From the NCBI RefSeq assembly GCF_009914755.1, contig NC_060934.1: a stretch of 64,000 nt of DNA. The stretch is one strand, 5' to 3'. The first letter of the stretch is position 1. Every line of letters begins with the position of its first letter. This stretch comes from the human T2T-CHM13v2.0 reference genome, Homo sapiens. Below the pieces are notes generated by a model that was given only the letters and a program-made list of their open reading frames with translations, was not told the origin of the DNA and ran no database searches. The position numbers were made by a program, and so were the translations under genes. Positions 13,789 through 28,955 of this stretch are shown in pieces.

Positions 13789-13789
<1 letters not shown>
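13489..13789 (+). mobile_element. AluJ-like
   Basis: Alu consensus match with A tail. Confidence 0.9.

Positions 13790-13822
<33 letters not shown>
13790..13822 (+). repeat. (CA)n microsatellite at an Alu tail
   Basis: Directly visible. Confidence 0.95.
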
Positions 13823-13826
<4 letters not shown>

Positions 13827-14082
13827 CTCTAACCTCAATGGAAGGAATGCCTGAGACAGCTTACCACGCCTCCCCTAGTGAGAAAGTCAGAGGCCAGGAA
13901 AAAGGCAACTCCCCAAATTGGCAAATTTTATTTAGCATTTGTCCAAATTCAAATTCTATTTGGGTACACACTGAAATCGGTTCCATTCCAACCTTTTGGG
14001 AAGAGTAAACAGTACACTGTCTTCCCTTCTTCCTCACCCCTTGAACTCTGAGACCAGGTCCCTGTGTCACTTATACATTGGC

Positions 14083-14271
14083 CAGGGGTGTGCAGGGCCA
14101 GTGTTTGCCAGCTCGGGAGAGCTGGCTGCCAATGTGCCAGGAATTCTGCTGACCAGAAACCCCCGGTGGCTTAATACTAGCCAGGGTGGGAACATTTACA
14201 CCAGGGAAAGCAGCAACACAGTTTTGTTTTTGTTCCTTTTTTCAGAGAGCTGGCTGGCCAGCATCCCACTG
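14083..14271 (+). mobile_element. Short hAT non-autonomous DNA transposon (MER63A-like)
   Basis: Termini caggggtgtgc...ccagcatcccactg resemble the recalled CAGTGGTGTGCTGG terminal inverted repeats. Confidence 0.5.
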
Positions 14272-14623
14272 AGTTATCCTAAAGCCGGAAACCTGCTCTT
14301 TGGGCCCAAGCAGCAGCTCTGCACCCAGGCCTGGCTGCCCCTGAGAGAGCCTGTGTCTAGGCTGCGGCCAGCCTGCTGGCTCCTGCCCACCACAGGGCTG
14401 GCACTCCCACCATCAATTTGCTCAGGCTGCCCTTTCTTCCACCACCGTGACCTCCTAACAGCCAGGTCCACGAGCACTTCTCAGCCATGGGCTTCCTGGT
14501 ACCTGTGTGCAGTGGACACAGTGCAGCCCCCATCCTCCCCTCTTTCCCAAGTTCTCCTGAGTCAACCTCCTCCATTCTGGCAGCTGCAGCCAGTCTGGGG
14601 GTCTGCCCTGAAGGGCCACTCAC

Positions 14624-14811
14624 CTGGGCCCCAGCCGCCAGCAGCAGCTGCACACACCGCGCCTGGCCCTGCAGACTGGCTGCGTGCAGGGGCGTGATGG
14701 AGTCCACGGTGACCTGGTTCACGCAGGCGCCGCTCTCGATCAGCTGTTGCAGCTGCAGGCTCTCACCCCGCTGGGCTGCCTCGTGCACAGGGGTCCGCTC
14801 CACCCAGAAAC
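14624..14811 (-). CDS. ASB13: ASB13 exon 2 (188 nt; ankyrin repeats, FWVERTPVHEAAQRG...LLLAAGAQ)
   Basis: Acceptor ttccAG|GT and donor CAG|GTGAGT; ankyrin motifs TPVHEAA and TPLHAAS in ORF 14357..15253. Confidence 0.97.
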
Positions 14812-15319
14812 CTGGAAAGGAAGGGGACCTCAGGCTAAGACCCTGCCACTTCCATCCAGGACAAATGAGCACACGTAAGACTCCAGGGTCCCTGATGCCA
14901 CCAAGGCACCATCCGTGATCATGCAATTGTCCCAGCACTTCTACAAAGATCCCTGAGCCACCCCCACTGCCTGACAGCTGGAGTCCAAGCTCCTGGGCAA
15001 GGCCTACAAGGGGCTCCGTCCTGTGGACCCCGCTCACCTCCACAGTCCACCTCCCACCCCTGCCCCTGCATATTCTGCAGGCACAGGTGCTCACCACTCC
15101 CCTGCAGTTGCACATCCTTCTCTGCTGACATGCCCACCTTTGCCCCCCTGCCAATTGTCCACTCTGCAATTTCCTGGTGAAACGTTTACATCCTCCAGGT
15201 GGGCCCAGGTAAAACAACTTCTCTGGGAAACACTTCCCACAATGCTCACGCACACACGCTCAGACCCCTGCATTTACAGTGTCTCCTGCACTCGAGTGCC
15301 TTGAGAATCCCTGTTTTAA

Positions 15320-15772
<453 letters not shown>

Positions 15773-16572
15773 TAGGACTTGCAGTGCAATGTGGAACAAA
15801 AGGGGTGAGAGCCAACATCCTTGTCTTGTTTCTAGTCTCGGGGGAGAGCATTTAGTCATTCACCTTTAAGGACGATGTTAACTGGGTTTTCTTCTTTTTT
15901 TCTTTTTTTTTTTTTTTTGTCTCAGTCAATCATAGGGATCCTATTTCCCATACAGCATCCAACACAACTCTAGCTAAGCAGAGGTGAGGGAGAGTCTGCG
16001 AAGAGGCCTCCAAGCTTCCACACTCTGCTCACTCCCAAGAAGGAGCTCCAGGGGAAGGCTGTCTCCCTTCCTTCCCTGGATACTGCCTGGATGTGAACTT
16101 GGACCTGCTGAGCCATCTGGCTACCTGCCTGAAGACAGGACCTACAGGAATGGCAAAGCCGGGAAAGGACTGGAACCTGGAGGACGAGTCAAGGACCATC
16201 AGGTGCCTGGAGCCAAGACAATGGCCGGGCTTAGTCATGTTTCTTTATTGTCTAAACCAGGTGCAGACAAAAGCTCACTAACTGGTACTGACCGTAAACT
16301 CCCCAGATGCAGAAACCACGCACGTGTTTTCTCAGCACCCATCTCAGACACGGAGGAGTCTTCCAGACACTTTAAAATGTCACAAATGACAACAGTGCTG
16401 GATGAAAGCTGATGACATATCCTTATTGTCAACTCTCCATCTTCGAGCAGACAAGATCACATCACACACCTCTTCTCAATCAGCAGTTTCCTCTTACTAT
16501 TCTGACATGTCCCTGAAAAACCTTCCTATCACCTGGATCTTCCCCAGATCTTACTTTTACACAGTGCATCTG

Positions 16573-16912
<340 letters not shown>

Positions 16913-17989
16913 TCATCAGTTAGTGCTGACGACTCTGCTTTTAGAGATCCCCACATTGCCACCTTCCCCCACCTCTGCCTTGGGCACTGAGTACAGGGTT
17001 AAGAGTTCCCTGGAGCCACAACTGCTCAGAACTGCTTGGTGGAAACTCAGCTCAGCCTTTTATCAGCTTACCCAAAACACAACTTCCCTGAGTGTCAGTT
17101 TCTTTACCTGTAAGTTGTGATAACAATAGTTTCTCTTCATAGGTGGACTATGAACATTCAGTGAATTGAAATAGGTAGATGCACTTAAAGGGTGGGGCCT
17201 GGCACCGAATCAGTGCTCAATAAACACTGTCTGTTTGTAGTATTTTTGCCTCCAATTGTAGCTATCTGTCTTGTCCACAGCCAAAGAGCCCGGGTGACCC
17301 TATGTCAGTGGAAGTGGGGACTAGGGAGAACTGAACCACAAAGGAAGATTCGATCCCCACAAAATGTAAAAGTCAAGCTTGTGGAACTTTCTACTCACCG
17401 TCTCCAGGTGGCCCTCAGCCCCACCAGTAGTAATGAACAGTAACCCACTGCCCTCCTGAGGTTAGTGAGAAGTGGCTTAGTGTCACTTTAAAATCAATCC
17501 GCAGGGAGCAAAATCCTAAGGGTAGAAGGAGAGGCTGCCACTTGAAAAAGAAGAGGAAGGCAGGGTAAGGCCTAGGTCTTGCAGCAAAAAAAGAAAGTGC
17601 ATCTCAGGAGGCCACCTGAGCCGGGAAGGCGCGTTCCCGACGTGCCTCCATTCACAAGACGTCCAGGTGGATTTAGCGTCTTCCGCTGCCACACGCAAAG
17701 ATGACTAAGATGCAGCAATAGGCAGCTCACAGTCAGGGACCAGGGAATAAATGCGCAGATAATTCACAACATGACAACTGCGATCATGTCTGGTGACAGG
17801 GACTCAGAATTAAGAGCCCCGGTGCCCAGGGATGGCCAGGGAAGGTCACAGAGGCCGCAGAGCTGCAGCCGGGTCTATCTCAGGCACCGCTTATTCACCT
17901 CTGTACCCCAGAACCTGGCACTGTCCAAGAAGATGCTGGTATCCACGTGGTTGCTCAGTGAGTGAGTGGATGAGTAAATGAATGGAAGG

Positions 17990-18795
<806 letters not shown>

Positions 18796-18949
18796 CTAGA
18801 CATAAAATTTTTAAAAGAAAATCTAATTTTATTTCTCTGTATCACCAGTCTACAAAGGAAATGCAACTTATTTCTAGTGAATCACATCAGCTGCTGTAGT
18901 CTTACTGCAGCAATTCAGGGCAAAAATTAGCAGCAGACATGATAAGAAA

Positions 18950-20500
18950 AAAAGAAAAAAGAAACTTCCGTGCATCAAAGGGCACAATCAGAGTGAAATG
19001 GCAACCCACAGAATGGGAGAAAATATTTGCAAGTCATATATCTGAAAAGGGGTTAGTCCAGAATATATAAAGAACTCCTGCAACTCAAAAACAAAAAAAA
19101 CAAATAACCAGGTTTAAAAATGGGCAAACGAGTTGAACAGACATTTCTCTAAACAGGATGCACACAGCCACAAACATAAAAAAAAAAGGTATTCAAGGTC
19201 ACTAATCATTAAAGAAATGCAAATCAAAACCACAATAAGATACTACCTCACACCTGTTAGGATTATCAAAAAAAACCAAATACGTGTTGGCGAGAATGTG
19301 GAGAAAGTGGTACTCTTGTGCACTGATGATGGGAATATAAAATGGTCTAGCCACTGTGGAAGACTGTATGGCAGTTCCTAAAAAATGAAACATAGGATAT
19401 CATATGATCCAGCAACTCCACTGCTGGGCATATCTCCAGAAGAATTGAAAGCAGGGTCTTGAGGAGAGATTCATTTGTACACCCACATTCATAGCAGCAT
19501 TATTCTCAACAATCCAAGTGTCCAGTGGAATATTATTCAGCGTTGGGAATGAAGGAAATCCTGTCCCATGCTACAACATGGATGAACCTTGAGGACATTA
19601 TGCTGAGTCAAACAAGCCATTTCTAGGCCAGGCACGCTGGCTCACACCTGTAATCCCAGCACTTTGGGAGGCCGAGGCGGGCAGATCACTTGAGGTTAGG
19701 AGTTCGAGACCAGCATGGCCAACATGGGGAAACCCTGTCTCTACTAAGAATACAAAAATTAGCCAGGCATGGTGGCTGTAATCCATGGTGCTTCAGTAGT
19801 GCCAGCTACTCAGAGGCTGAGGCACGAGAATCGCATGAACCCAGGAGACAGAGGTTGCAGTGAACTGAGATCACACCACTGCACTCCAGCCTGGGTGACA
19901 GAGAGAGACTCTGTCTCAAAAATAAATAAATAAATACGCTATTTCTGGCCAGGTGCAGTGGCTCAAAACTCTAATCCCAGCACTTTGGGAGGCCGAGGCA
20001 GGCAATATGGTGAAACCCCATCTCTACTAAAATTACAAAAATTAGCTGGGCATGGTGGCCCATGCCTATAATCCCAGCTACTATGGAGGCTAAGGCAGGA
20101 GAATCACTTGAACCCAGGAGGTGGAGGTTGCAGTGAGCCAAAATCGTGCCATTGCACTACGGCCTGGGTGACTTTGTCTGAAAAAAAAAAACAAAACAAA
20201 ACCAAATAAGCCATTTCTGAAAAGCCAAATACTGTATGATTCCACTTATGTGAGGTCCCTCGAGTAGTCAAATTCATGGAGATGGAAAGTAGAAAGGTAG
20301 TTGCCAGGGGCTTGGGGGAGGAGAAATGGGGAGTTAGTGTTTCATGGGGACAGAATTTCAGTTTTACAGGATGAAAAAGTTCTAGAGATCTGTTACACAA
20401 AAATGTAAATGTACTCAACCCTACTGAAGTGGACACTTGAAATGGCTAAGGTGGTAACTTTTGTGTTCTGTGCTCTCTACTACAATTAAAAATAGAAAAA
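18950..20500 (+). mobile_element. Old L1 (L1M) 3' end interrupted by two tandem Alus (19626-20205)
   Basis: ORF2 C-terminal-like translation (NRHFSK...[19 protein letters not shown]), L1 3'UTR and A-rich end. Confidence 0.85.
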
Positions 20501-23254
20501 AAAATTTTTTAAGTAACCAGAAGCTGGAGGACCTAGAGCATGGGGGGACTGTCACCCGCAGGCTGTCCTCATAGGAGATTTACAGTGGGGAAGGGAGGGA
20601 TAGAAGGCTAGAGGACAGCAGGTGCCTGGGGTGCACCTCGTCACCTTTCCTGACACCCCCAAACCACCGATGGCCCTTCCAGGGGGCGAAGAGACCCACT
20701 GTCTTCATAAAGATCAGCCCCCAGCACCCACCACCACAGAGCAATGTGACTCAGCCCTGCAATGGCAGGGTCAGTGTCCCAGGTGAAAAGAATCGGGAAG
20801 GACAGCTTATGGTCACGGACCTTAAATGGATGAGGAGTGAGCACAGGAAATGCTGTCTGTTAGTGAATGGACTGGCCAGGATGGATTGCAGGCTGCTTCC
20901 AGCCCCTGTGCCAGGCTCCCTGTGGTGGCAAGACGCCCCCCCTCCCCAATCCCTGCACCCTCTCCCTTGGCGGAGCACCGCCTTGGAAACCCGAGACTCC
21001 ATGCCGTGCTGGCGAGTTCCCTCCGGGACTCACGTTCTGCCCCTAAATCCCACCCACTGCTGCCACATAATAGGTTGCCCCCTCCCTAATGCAGATGATT
21101 GACAAGCCAGTCTGACAGGGCCTGCTCACAAGGGCTCCCTCCTCCAGGGTGGAACCCAGGCAAGGAACAAGGTCCACGACCATGCAGTCACAGGCCCTGT
21201 CCCCAGGCTCCCCGTCATGCACACAGCCGTGTCCAGTGACACCAAACTCTACCGACTCACACAGAGTCCAGTGGCTGCAAGTCCCATGCTTTGCGTATGC
21301 TGTTCCTTCCCCTGCCTGGAAAGCTCTTCTCAGCCCCATTCCCCACCTTGCTTCCGGCTGAAATTCCTCGACTGAGGGGACCCCTGCTCCTTCAGGAAGC
21401 CTCCCGAGCATGCAGCCCACCCCCCCACGCCATCTCCACACTATTGCCCCACCACCAGCTGATCAGCATTCTCCCTTCCCTGGGCCTTCCCTAAGGCCAT
21501 CCCCTGTCACCTTGGGAATAGTACCACAGCTAGCCAGCCTCCCCACACAGGCTGCTCGTGCAGGTATCTGAATGAATAAGCACTCCCCAGACGCATCTTC
21601 CCCTGCCAGACTGAACTTGGACCCCTGCCGCTAGGTTCTGTCCCCTGCTCCACTTTCCAGCCCAGGACAGTGGCCTGAGACCTAACATGATGCTTGCACA
21701 CTCTGGCCAAGCGGGGGCTCGTGCATCCATTAAATGAAGAACTTGTGTTGCAACAAGAGCCAAGGCTGCAGCCCTGGTGACTCATGACCCAGTCCTGATG
21801 GCTGGATTCTACCCACTTCCTCCTCTGCTTCAGGTCAGGGTCACGGTGTTACACACTATGGCTCCTCCTGTTTACCTGCCGCCTGCAGGCCTGAGCTCAT
21901 GAATAGCCAAGCAAAAGCCTTTGCCCTGAAAACTAGAGTTTCACAGATGTCACCTATGTATCTACTGCAGACTACGGCAGACGTCACCTTGAGAAGGAAT
22001 GACACGTGCTTCAGAATGTTCTCTCCACTCTTCCACCCACGATATGACCTTACTGACTAGGACCATGTGCCAGGTGTGGACCTTTCTGGACCCCAGCTCC
22101 TCTTCCCCTCTCTTGCCCCTTTGCTGGGGCCCCGACACCCTCCCATCTAAGGCTGTGCCCTGCCCCAGGACTGACCTGTCCTTTGAGATTAGGAAGCCCT
22201 GGCTGAACAGGTCAAGTGGCTCAGGGTCAGCCTACCCTCAGGGAGCAGACTCTACAGGGGCAAGCTGCAGGAACCACCCTGCTCGTGAGTTCAAAGCTCG
22301 TCTCACAGCTTACCCTCTCCAAACCTCGGCCTCCTCTCTCCTCAAATGGGTGCTGTGAAGACTGAAGAAAATCGTGCCTGGCCACCTGTAAATGCTGTGA
22401 GTAACAGGCACTGCCATGGCTCCAGGATCATTGCTGTCATTATTACCCTACCAGTCCTGTGGGGAGGGCAGGTGCGGGTTCTACCATCTCATCTTTGTTC
22501 CATAGCAAGCCCCCCAATCTTGCATTCCAGCTCCAGTAACTCAATCCTTACCTAAGTCGGGTGACTGATTGAGTCTCTGCCCAATTTTTCTGCTCAGTTC
22601 CCGGGCCCTCTGAGACCAGAGCCCCTCCATCGCTCCCTGCCTTGCAAGCCACCCAGCAGTGTGCCGGGCCATCTCGCCAGCTGGCTGCTGCACAGCCAGG
22701 TTCTGCTGGCCGGAGACCACCAGCAGCTTGAAAGCAGCCAGGATGTGAGTATTTAGACCAGGGAAAGCAGCAAAGCAGACTTTTATTTTTGTTTCTTTTT
22801 CTTTATTTTCCCCCTAGGCAGCTGGTTTGCCAGTATCTCCTCAGTCATCCCAGAGCCAGAGCCCCACTCGTTGGGCCCAAGTGGCAGCTCTGTGCCCAGG
22901 CCCGGCCACCCCCTAGAGAGCCTGTGTCTAGGAGGCAGCTGGCCTGCTGGCCCCTGCACACTGCAGAGCTGGGCACCTCCAGAGCCCATCCTCCACACTG
23001 CCCTGCCTGCACCCACACTGGCGGGCCTCACTTGACCCACACAGGGACTGCAACCATAAAAGCAGCAGAGCCACTTGCCCCCAACCCCGCCCCGCCGAGC
23101 CTGGGGCCTCTCCAGGGTCAGGGCCCACTCCAACAAAGAGCATTCTCAAATGCCACCAGGGACACCTTCCAGACAAAGCTGATCCAGTAGCATGCTGGCT
23201 TTGAATCCAGGTCAAATACCCAAGATGCACCTTTTTTCCTATTTTGTTTTCTTA

Positions 23255-23604
<350 letters not shown>

Positions 23605-23996
23605 TAAATCACCAAGGGGAGTCTGGGGTCCTGGCTGCAGAAATGTCATTTCTGCGTCAAAAACAACCAGCAGCCTCTGTAAGAAGCCCTCCCTGCAAAA
23701 CCCCAGTAAGCATTCTTGAAATGGTGAGGGTGGGCCCTCCACCCTGACCCACCCATAAAGCCGGGCTGGGGCGGGCGAGCACACACTTGGGGAACCCACC
23801 CTGGAAGAACCAAGGCAGGCACCGGAAGCCCCCAGGGAGGGTTTTCTGATGCTGCTCTCAATGGGCTCATCCTCAGCTCTCAGGGAAAAGTCAAGAGTCC
23901 TGAGTGACATAGCCCCCCAGGGTCCCAGAAAGCTAAGGATTCATGAACACGCGCTGACTGTCAGAACTGAAAAGGCCTTAGAAATGCTGGACGATG

Positions 23997-24288
23997 GGCT
24001 GGGCGCAGTGGCTCACGCCTGTAATCCCAGCACTTCGGGAGGCTGAGGCAGGCGGATCACCTGAGGTCAAGAGTTCGAGATCAGCCTGGCCAACATGGCA
24101 AAACCCCATCTCTACTAAAAATACAAAAATTAGCTGGGTGTGGTGGCATGCACCTGTAATCCCAGTAATAATCCCAGCTACTCAGGAGGCTGAGACAGGA
24201 GAATCGCTTGAACCAAGCAGTGGAGACTGCAGCGAGCTGAGATCGTGCCACTGCACTCCAGCCTGGGCGACAGACTGAGACTCTGTCG
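23997..24288 (+). mobile_element. AluS
   Basis: Alu consensus match. Confidence 0.9.
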
Positions 24289-24435
24289 AGAAGGGGGGGG
24301 GGAGGGGAGGGGAGGGGAGGGGAGGGGAGGGGAGAACAGAAGAGAAGAGAAGAGAAGAGAAGAGAAGAGAAGAGAAGAGAAGAGAAGAGAAGAGAAGAAA
24401 AGAGAAGAGAAGAGAAGAGAAGAGAAGAGAAGAGA
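24289..24435 (+). repeat. (GGGGA)n followed by (GAGAA)n polypurine tract at an Alu tail
   Basis: Directly visible. Confidence 0.95.
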
Positions 24436-26414
24436 TGAGATCCTGGATGATTAACACTCCCAGAAAAAGCCAAATGTAGCATCCATTCATCTCTGCCTGC
24501 TGTCCAAACCACACACAAGTGACGGTAAGGGAATAAAATGGGGGCTAAATCCACAAAGACAAAGAGACCACAGAGGAAAAGATAAATGAAGGATCTCATG
24601 GTGACAACTAAAGACAGTGTACGTGACAACCCCAGCACAAAGAGGGTGCCTAACGCATGGCACTTAACCACTATCACCAAATTTTAATAGCGCAGCTCAA
24701 ATTTCAGTTTTAGTGTCCTTGAAACCCAAGGAAAAAAAATATGGATCTTTATTTTTCTATGTAGAAACTCCCACTTACAAGTCTGGGCTCAGTGTTTTGT
24801 TGCTACAGTGATATTTTTCAACCATGTCTTTTTAAATGTTTTCATTATGAATCCCCAAAATATAGTTTGTCGGTAAACTTGAGGTCAAACAGCAGACTGA
24901 TTTTAAGATGTGTTCAATGAAGCAAAAATGCCAGTATTTGCCTTCTTAGAGGGACAAAATGGTCAAAACTCAGTAAGAGTGGAGAAAAGAAAGGGAAAGA
25001 ATAAATGAAAGCAGAAGACAAGGAGAAAAGAGGTGAAAATAGGTGGGCTAAGGAGTAAAGGAACTGGGAGAAAGGACCGAAGGTGTCAGGAGAGCTTGGT
25101 GAATAACAGGCATTTCCTTCCACCTGCAGGACGCTAAAACCACACTGGATTCGCTGCATTATCCTTCAATGTCTCCTCCCCTGACTCCCTCATCACTCAC
25201 CCAATTATCTGCTACCCCGACTCCTCCCTTGCCCCTGGTCCACCCCAAAGGCTATGGCCCAGGGAGCATGGGGAGGGTCCCCCAGTCCCACCCTCAAGGC
25301 ACTGTGGGAGCTCAGGCCCTGACTCAGGACCCCTGAGCTCTGATCCTGCATCCTCCCTGTCTCAGTTAAGGGACCTGAGGGACGCTTTTCACCCTAAATC
25401 ACCTAAGCCTCAGTTTCCTTAGGACAGCAGGTAATGTCTCCCAGGGCTGCCGTGTCGAGGAGGAGGATAGAGGTACTGTTTTGCCCATAAACATGCTTCC
25501 TAAGCCTTTGTAACTTGCTAATTTCCTCTGATACTTCCATTGGCCCTAAATAGGCTTTTCTGGTGTGTCAACAGGCCCTCTTTGAATTCCTATTTTAGGA
25601 TAAAATAGCCGCCCACTCCAAGTAACTCTCTACCCTTTAGAAATGCCCTGGACTGCTACCCTAGTGGATTCTCCCTCTCCCCGCTCTGACACTGAAATCA
25701 AGAGCGATAGAGCTGTGTTTCTGATTAAACACGGAGGATCTTCTCTGCCCCTCAGCAAAGATCTCACTCAACTGAGAGTACCTGGATGGGGAGACATAAA
25801 TCCATATAAACAAGTAGAAAACAAACAGGCTGGGGAGTGATTTCCAGACCATCGGGGGAGCTGGAGAGCAGGCTGGTGCAGTGGCTAACCAGGATACAGA
25901 AGGCGGGCTTGGCACCCGGGGTTGGGACCAGCAAAGAGCAGGGAATCTGAACTACCCCTGGGAGGGCACTGAACGCAAAGGGATGCGCAAATCCCCATAA
26001 ACAACAGGAAGACACCCCTGCCCCACCCCCACCCCGGCTTCCCAGAGCAGCAGCAGGCAGAGCTGGAAGACCCAAGGCTGCAGGGCACACGTCTCCAAAC
26101 ACTGAACCAGGAGAGAGAGAACACAGGACTCATTGCTTACCTGAGGGGCCTAAGAAGACTGTCTGGGGATAAATTAGGGATTAGGCATGGAGAACACCGA
26201 ACCCACAGGTAAACAAAAAGAACACCCGCCATGTCCAAGAAAAGCAAGACATTACACAAAAAGAGAAACATAGTCCCCACATAGCAAGTGGCTCAGCTGC
26301 AATATTCACAGTCACAATAATGTCAACACTGAAATCTGATTTAAACAAAAACAATTCTACTGGAGGACCCTGGGGGGAACGTACGGGGGAGTGGGGGAGC
26401 AGCCAGTAGGTTAG

Positions 26415-26998
<584 letters not shown>

Positions 26999-28304
26999 TG
27001 AGGTCAGAATGTTAAAATTGTCTAAAGCTCCTACGGTTCGCCTCTGGTGCTGCTGGAATGGCAGTATTGTTTTGGATCCAACACATTCAGCTTATTCATT
27101 ACACTGGGAATAAAAAACATCAGCAGAACTTATTTGGGGAGAAATATATTAAATAAAAAATGACAATGTCAAAAATACCAGTGAACCTCAAAAGTTGCGG
27201 ATTCATTAGTTTAAAATGTGCCTTTCTTCTACAGATGCATTCCATAACAAACGATGCAGAAGACATGCTCAGAAGTGATGCCATGAACAGAAATATTAAA
27301 ATATGTGTTTAAATAAGCTTCTGCCGTTAGCTATTCACTGCTTACTCAATTAAGCTAATCAAATGCAGATCACAGTGTCAGGGTCAAAGTCTTGTGCTTG
27401 CCTGGACTGGAATGCCAAGTAAAAACACATGCTTATTAGATACCTTTGATCATGTCAAAGGTGGTTATTTTGCAAAGTCAATTAAAATATCTTTGCCTTG
27501 CTATGACTGCAACTTCCTCTTCAGCTAAATTTACCCTTAAGACTTTTCCCTCTTAGGTGCACTACTGTTTTTACCAGGATGAATATGCTTTAGATTTTTT
27601 TTTTCTTTTTAGGCTTTCATAGTGCTTCCGTCGCTCATTTCAGTGACCATATTATTGCTTCATAGGCAGCAAAAAAATTTGCTTCCCCAAAGAGTGTCCT
27701 TCCCTCAAATCCATTTCATTCTTGGGCTGCTCGGATTTTGGTAAAGTAGGCTGCGAACTGGGATGGCACTTTTCGGAGTGTGCCGCGGTGCCCCAAGGCC
27801 ACCTTCACTGGAGCGGAGTCGGGGTCACGCGGACGCCTCTGCAGGATGCTCGGACACTGCGCCACGGCCTCACCCGCGCCAGTGGAGGGGGGTTTAGCTC
27901 TTACCGTGGGCTCGCGCCTGGCTTCCCCGAGAGGGAGCACCGTGGGCGTTTCCCAGGCTCTCCCCCGCCACTGGGCAACGGCCCCGCACGCGTCCCGCAC
28001 CTTCCCCAGGGCGCGCGGCGCTCGGTGGGTTTGCGGTTGCGAAACCCCACACCTGGCGAGCCGCACGGACTGCAACCCCGCAGTGCGCTGGCCTGGGACA
28101 AGGCACCAGACATGAGAGCCCGTCTGGGATGCGCGGCACCACTAGGACCCTGCTTTCACCGCGGCCCACCCCGCCAAACGCCCCCGCCCACGGAGCCAGC
28201 GCGGGGCGCGCCACCACCTCCCCGGCGCAGGCCATCGGATACGCGGCCGGCCCCAGGAGCCGGCGCCGCTGCCTCGCTCTGACCTCCGCGGCGCCCGCAC
28301 GTAC

Positions 28305-28347
28305 CCACGTCGCCCAGGAAGCAGCCGTCCGCCGCCCGGGGCTCCAT
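28305..28347 (-). CDS. ASB13: ASB13 coding exon 1 (MEPRAADGCFLGDV+G, 43 nt, phase 1)
   Basis: ATG at 28347-28345 inside a CpG island; donor G|GTACGT; splices in frame to exon 2; matches the recalled ASB13 N-terminus. Confidence 0.95.
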
Positions 28348-28464
28348 GCGGCTCACCGGCGGCCGCGCGGCGACTCTGGGCGCCGGGACCTGGGCCGGGC
28401 CGCGCGGGGCCGCTGGGCGGGGCCAGTCTGCGCTGGGCCGCGCGTCGTCCCGAGGCGACCGAGC

Positions 28465-28479
28465 CGGGAGTTGTAGTTC
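28465..28479 (-). promoter_or_regulatory. ZNF143/THAP11-type promoter motif (ACTACAACTCCCG)
   Basis: The minus strand reads GAACTACAACTCCCG, matching ACTAYRnnnCCCR, about 120 bp upstream of the ATG. Confidence 0.7.
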
Positions 28480-28599
28480 CCGCCGCCTTGGCGAGGTTCC
28501 CGGAGGCGCTGTCCCTGGGTCCGGACTCCGCTGTCGCTGCCCACCCCGCTTCGCCCGTCGCGCCGAGGAGTGTGTGTGCTTGCATCTGCAAACCGTGCG

Positions 28600-28955
28600 T
28601 CCCGTGCACAGAATACGTCCGGTGCAAAACGTGTCCTGTGCACTTGTCCTATGTAAACGTGTGTGTCCGTGTGCAAAACATGCATCCTGTGCATATGTCC
28701 TGTGCAAAACATGCGTCCGTGTGTAAACTTGTATCCATTGTAAGCATGCTTCCCTGTGTCCCTTTGCAAAGCATGGATATGTGTTTCCATGTGCAAAACA
28801 TGTGTCCTGTACAAAACATGCATCCTGTGCATGTGTCCTGTGCAAGCGTGTCCTGTGCAAGCGTGTGCAAAACATGTGTCCATGTATAAACATGTATGTA
28901 TTGCAAATGTGTCCTGTGCAAGCATGTGTCTGTGTCCACGTGCAAAGCATGCGTC
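28600..28955. repeat. Degenerate minisatellite (GTGTCCTGTGCAAAACAT-like units, 14-18 bp) upstream of ASB13
   Basis: Repeated gtgcaaaacatg and tgtcctgtgca words. Confidence 0.85.

Larger units (their letters stand above)
27750..28620 (-). promoter_or_regulatory. ASB13: CpG-island promoter and 5' end of ASB13
   Basis: Very high GC and CpG density around exon 1; GC box gggcgggg near 28415. Confidence 0.9.

Noticed and set aside
13996-14697. 233-aa + strand ORF antisense to exon 2
   Set aside because: No recognisable domain, overlaps a transposon remnant, and does not begin at an ATG.
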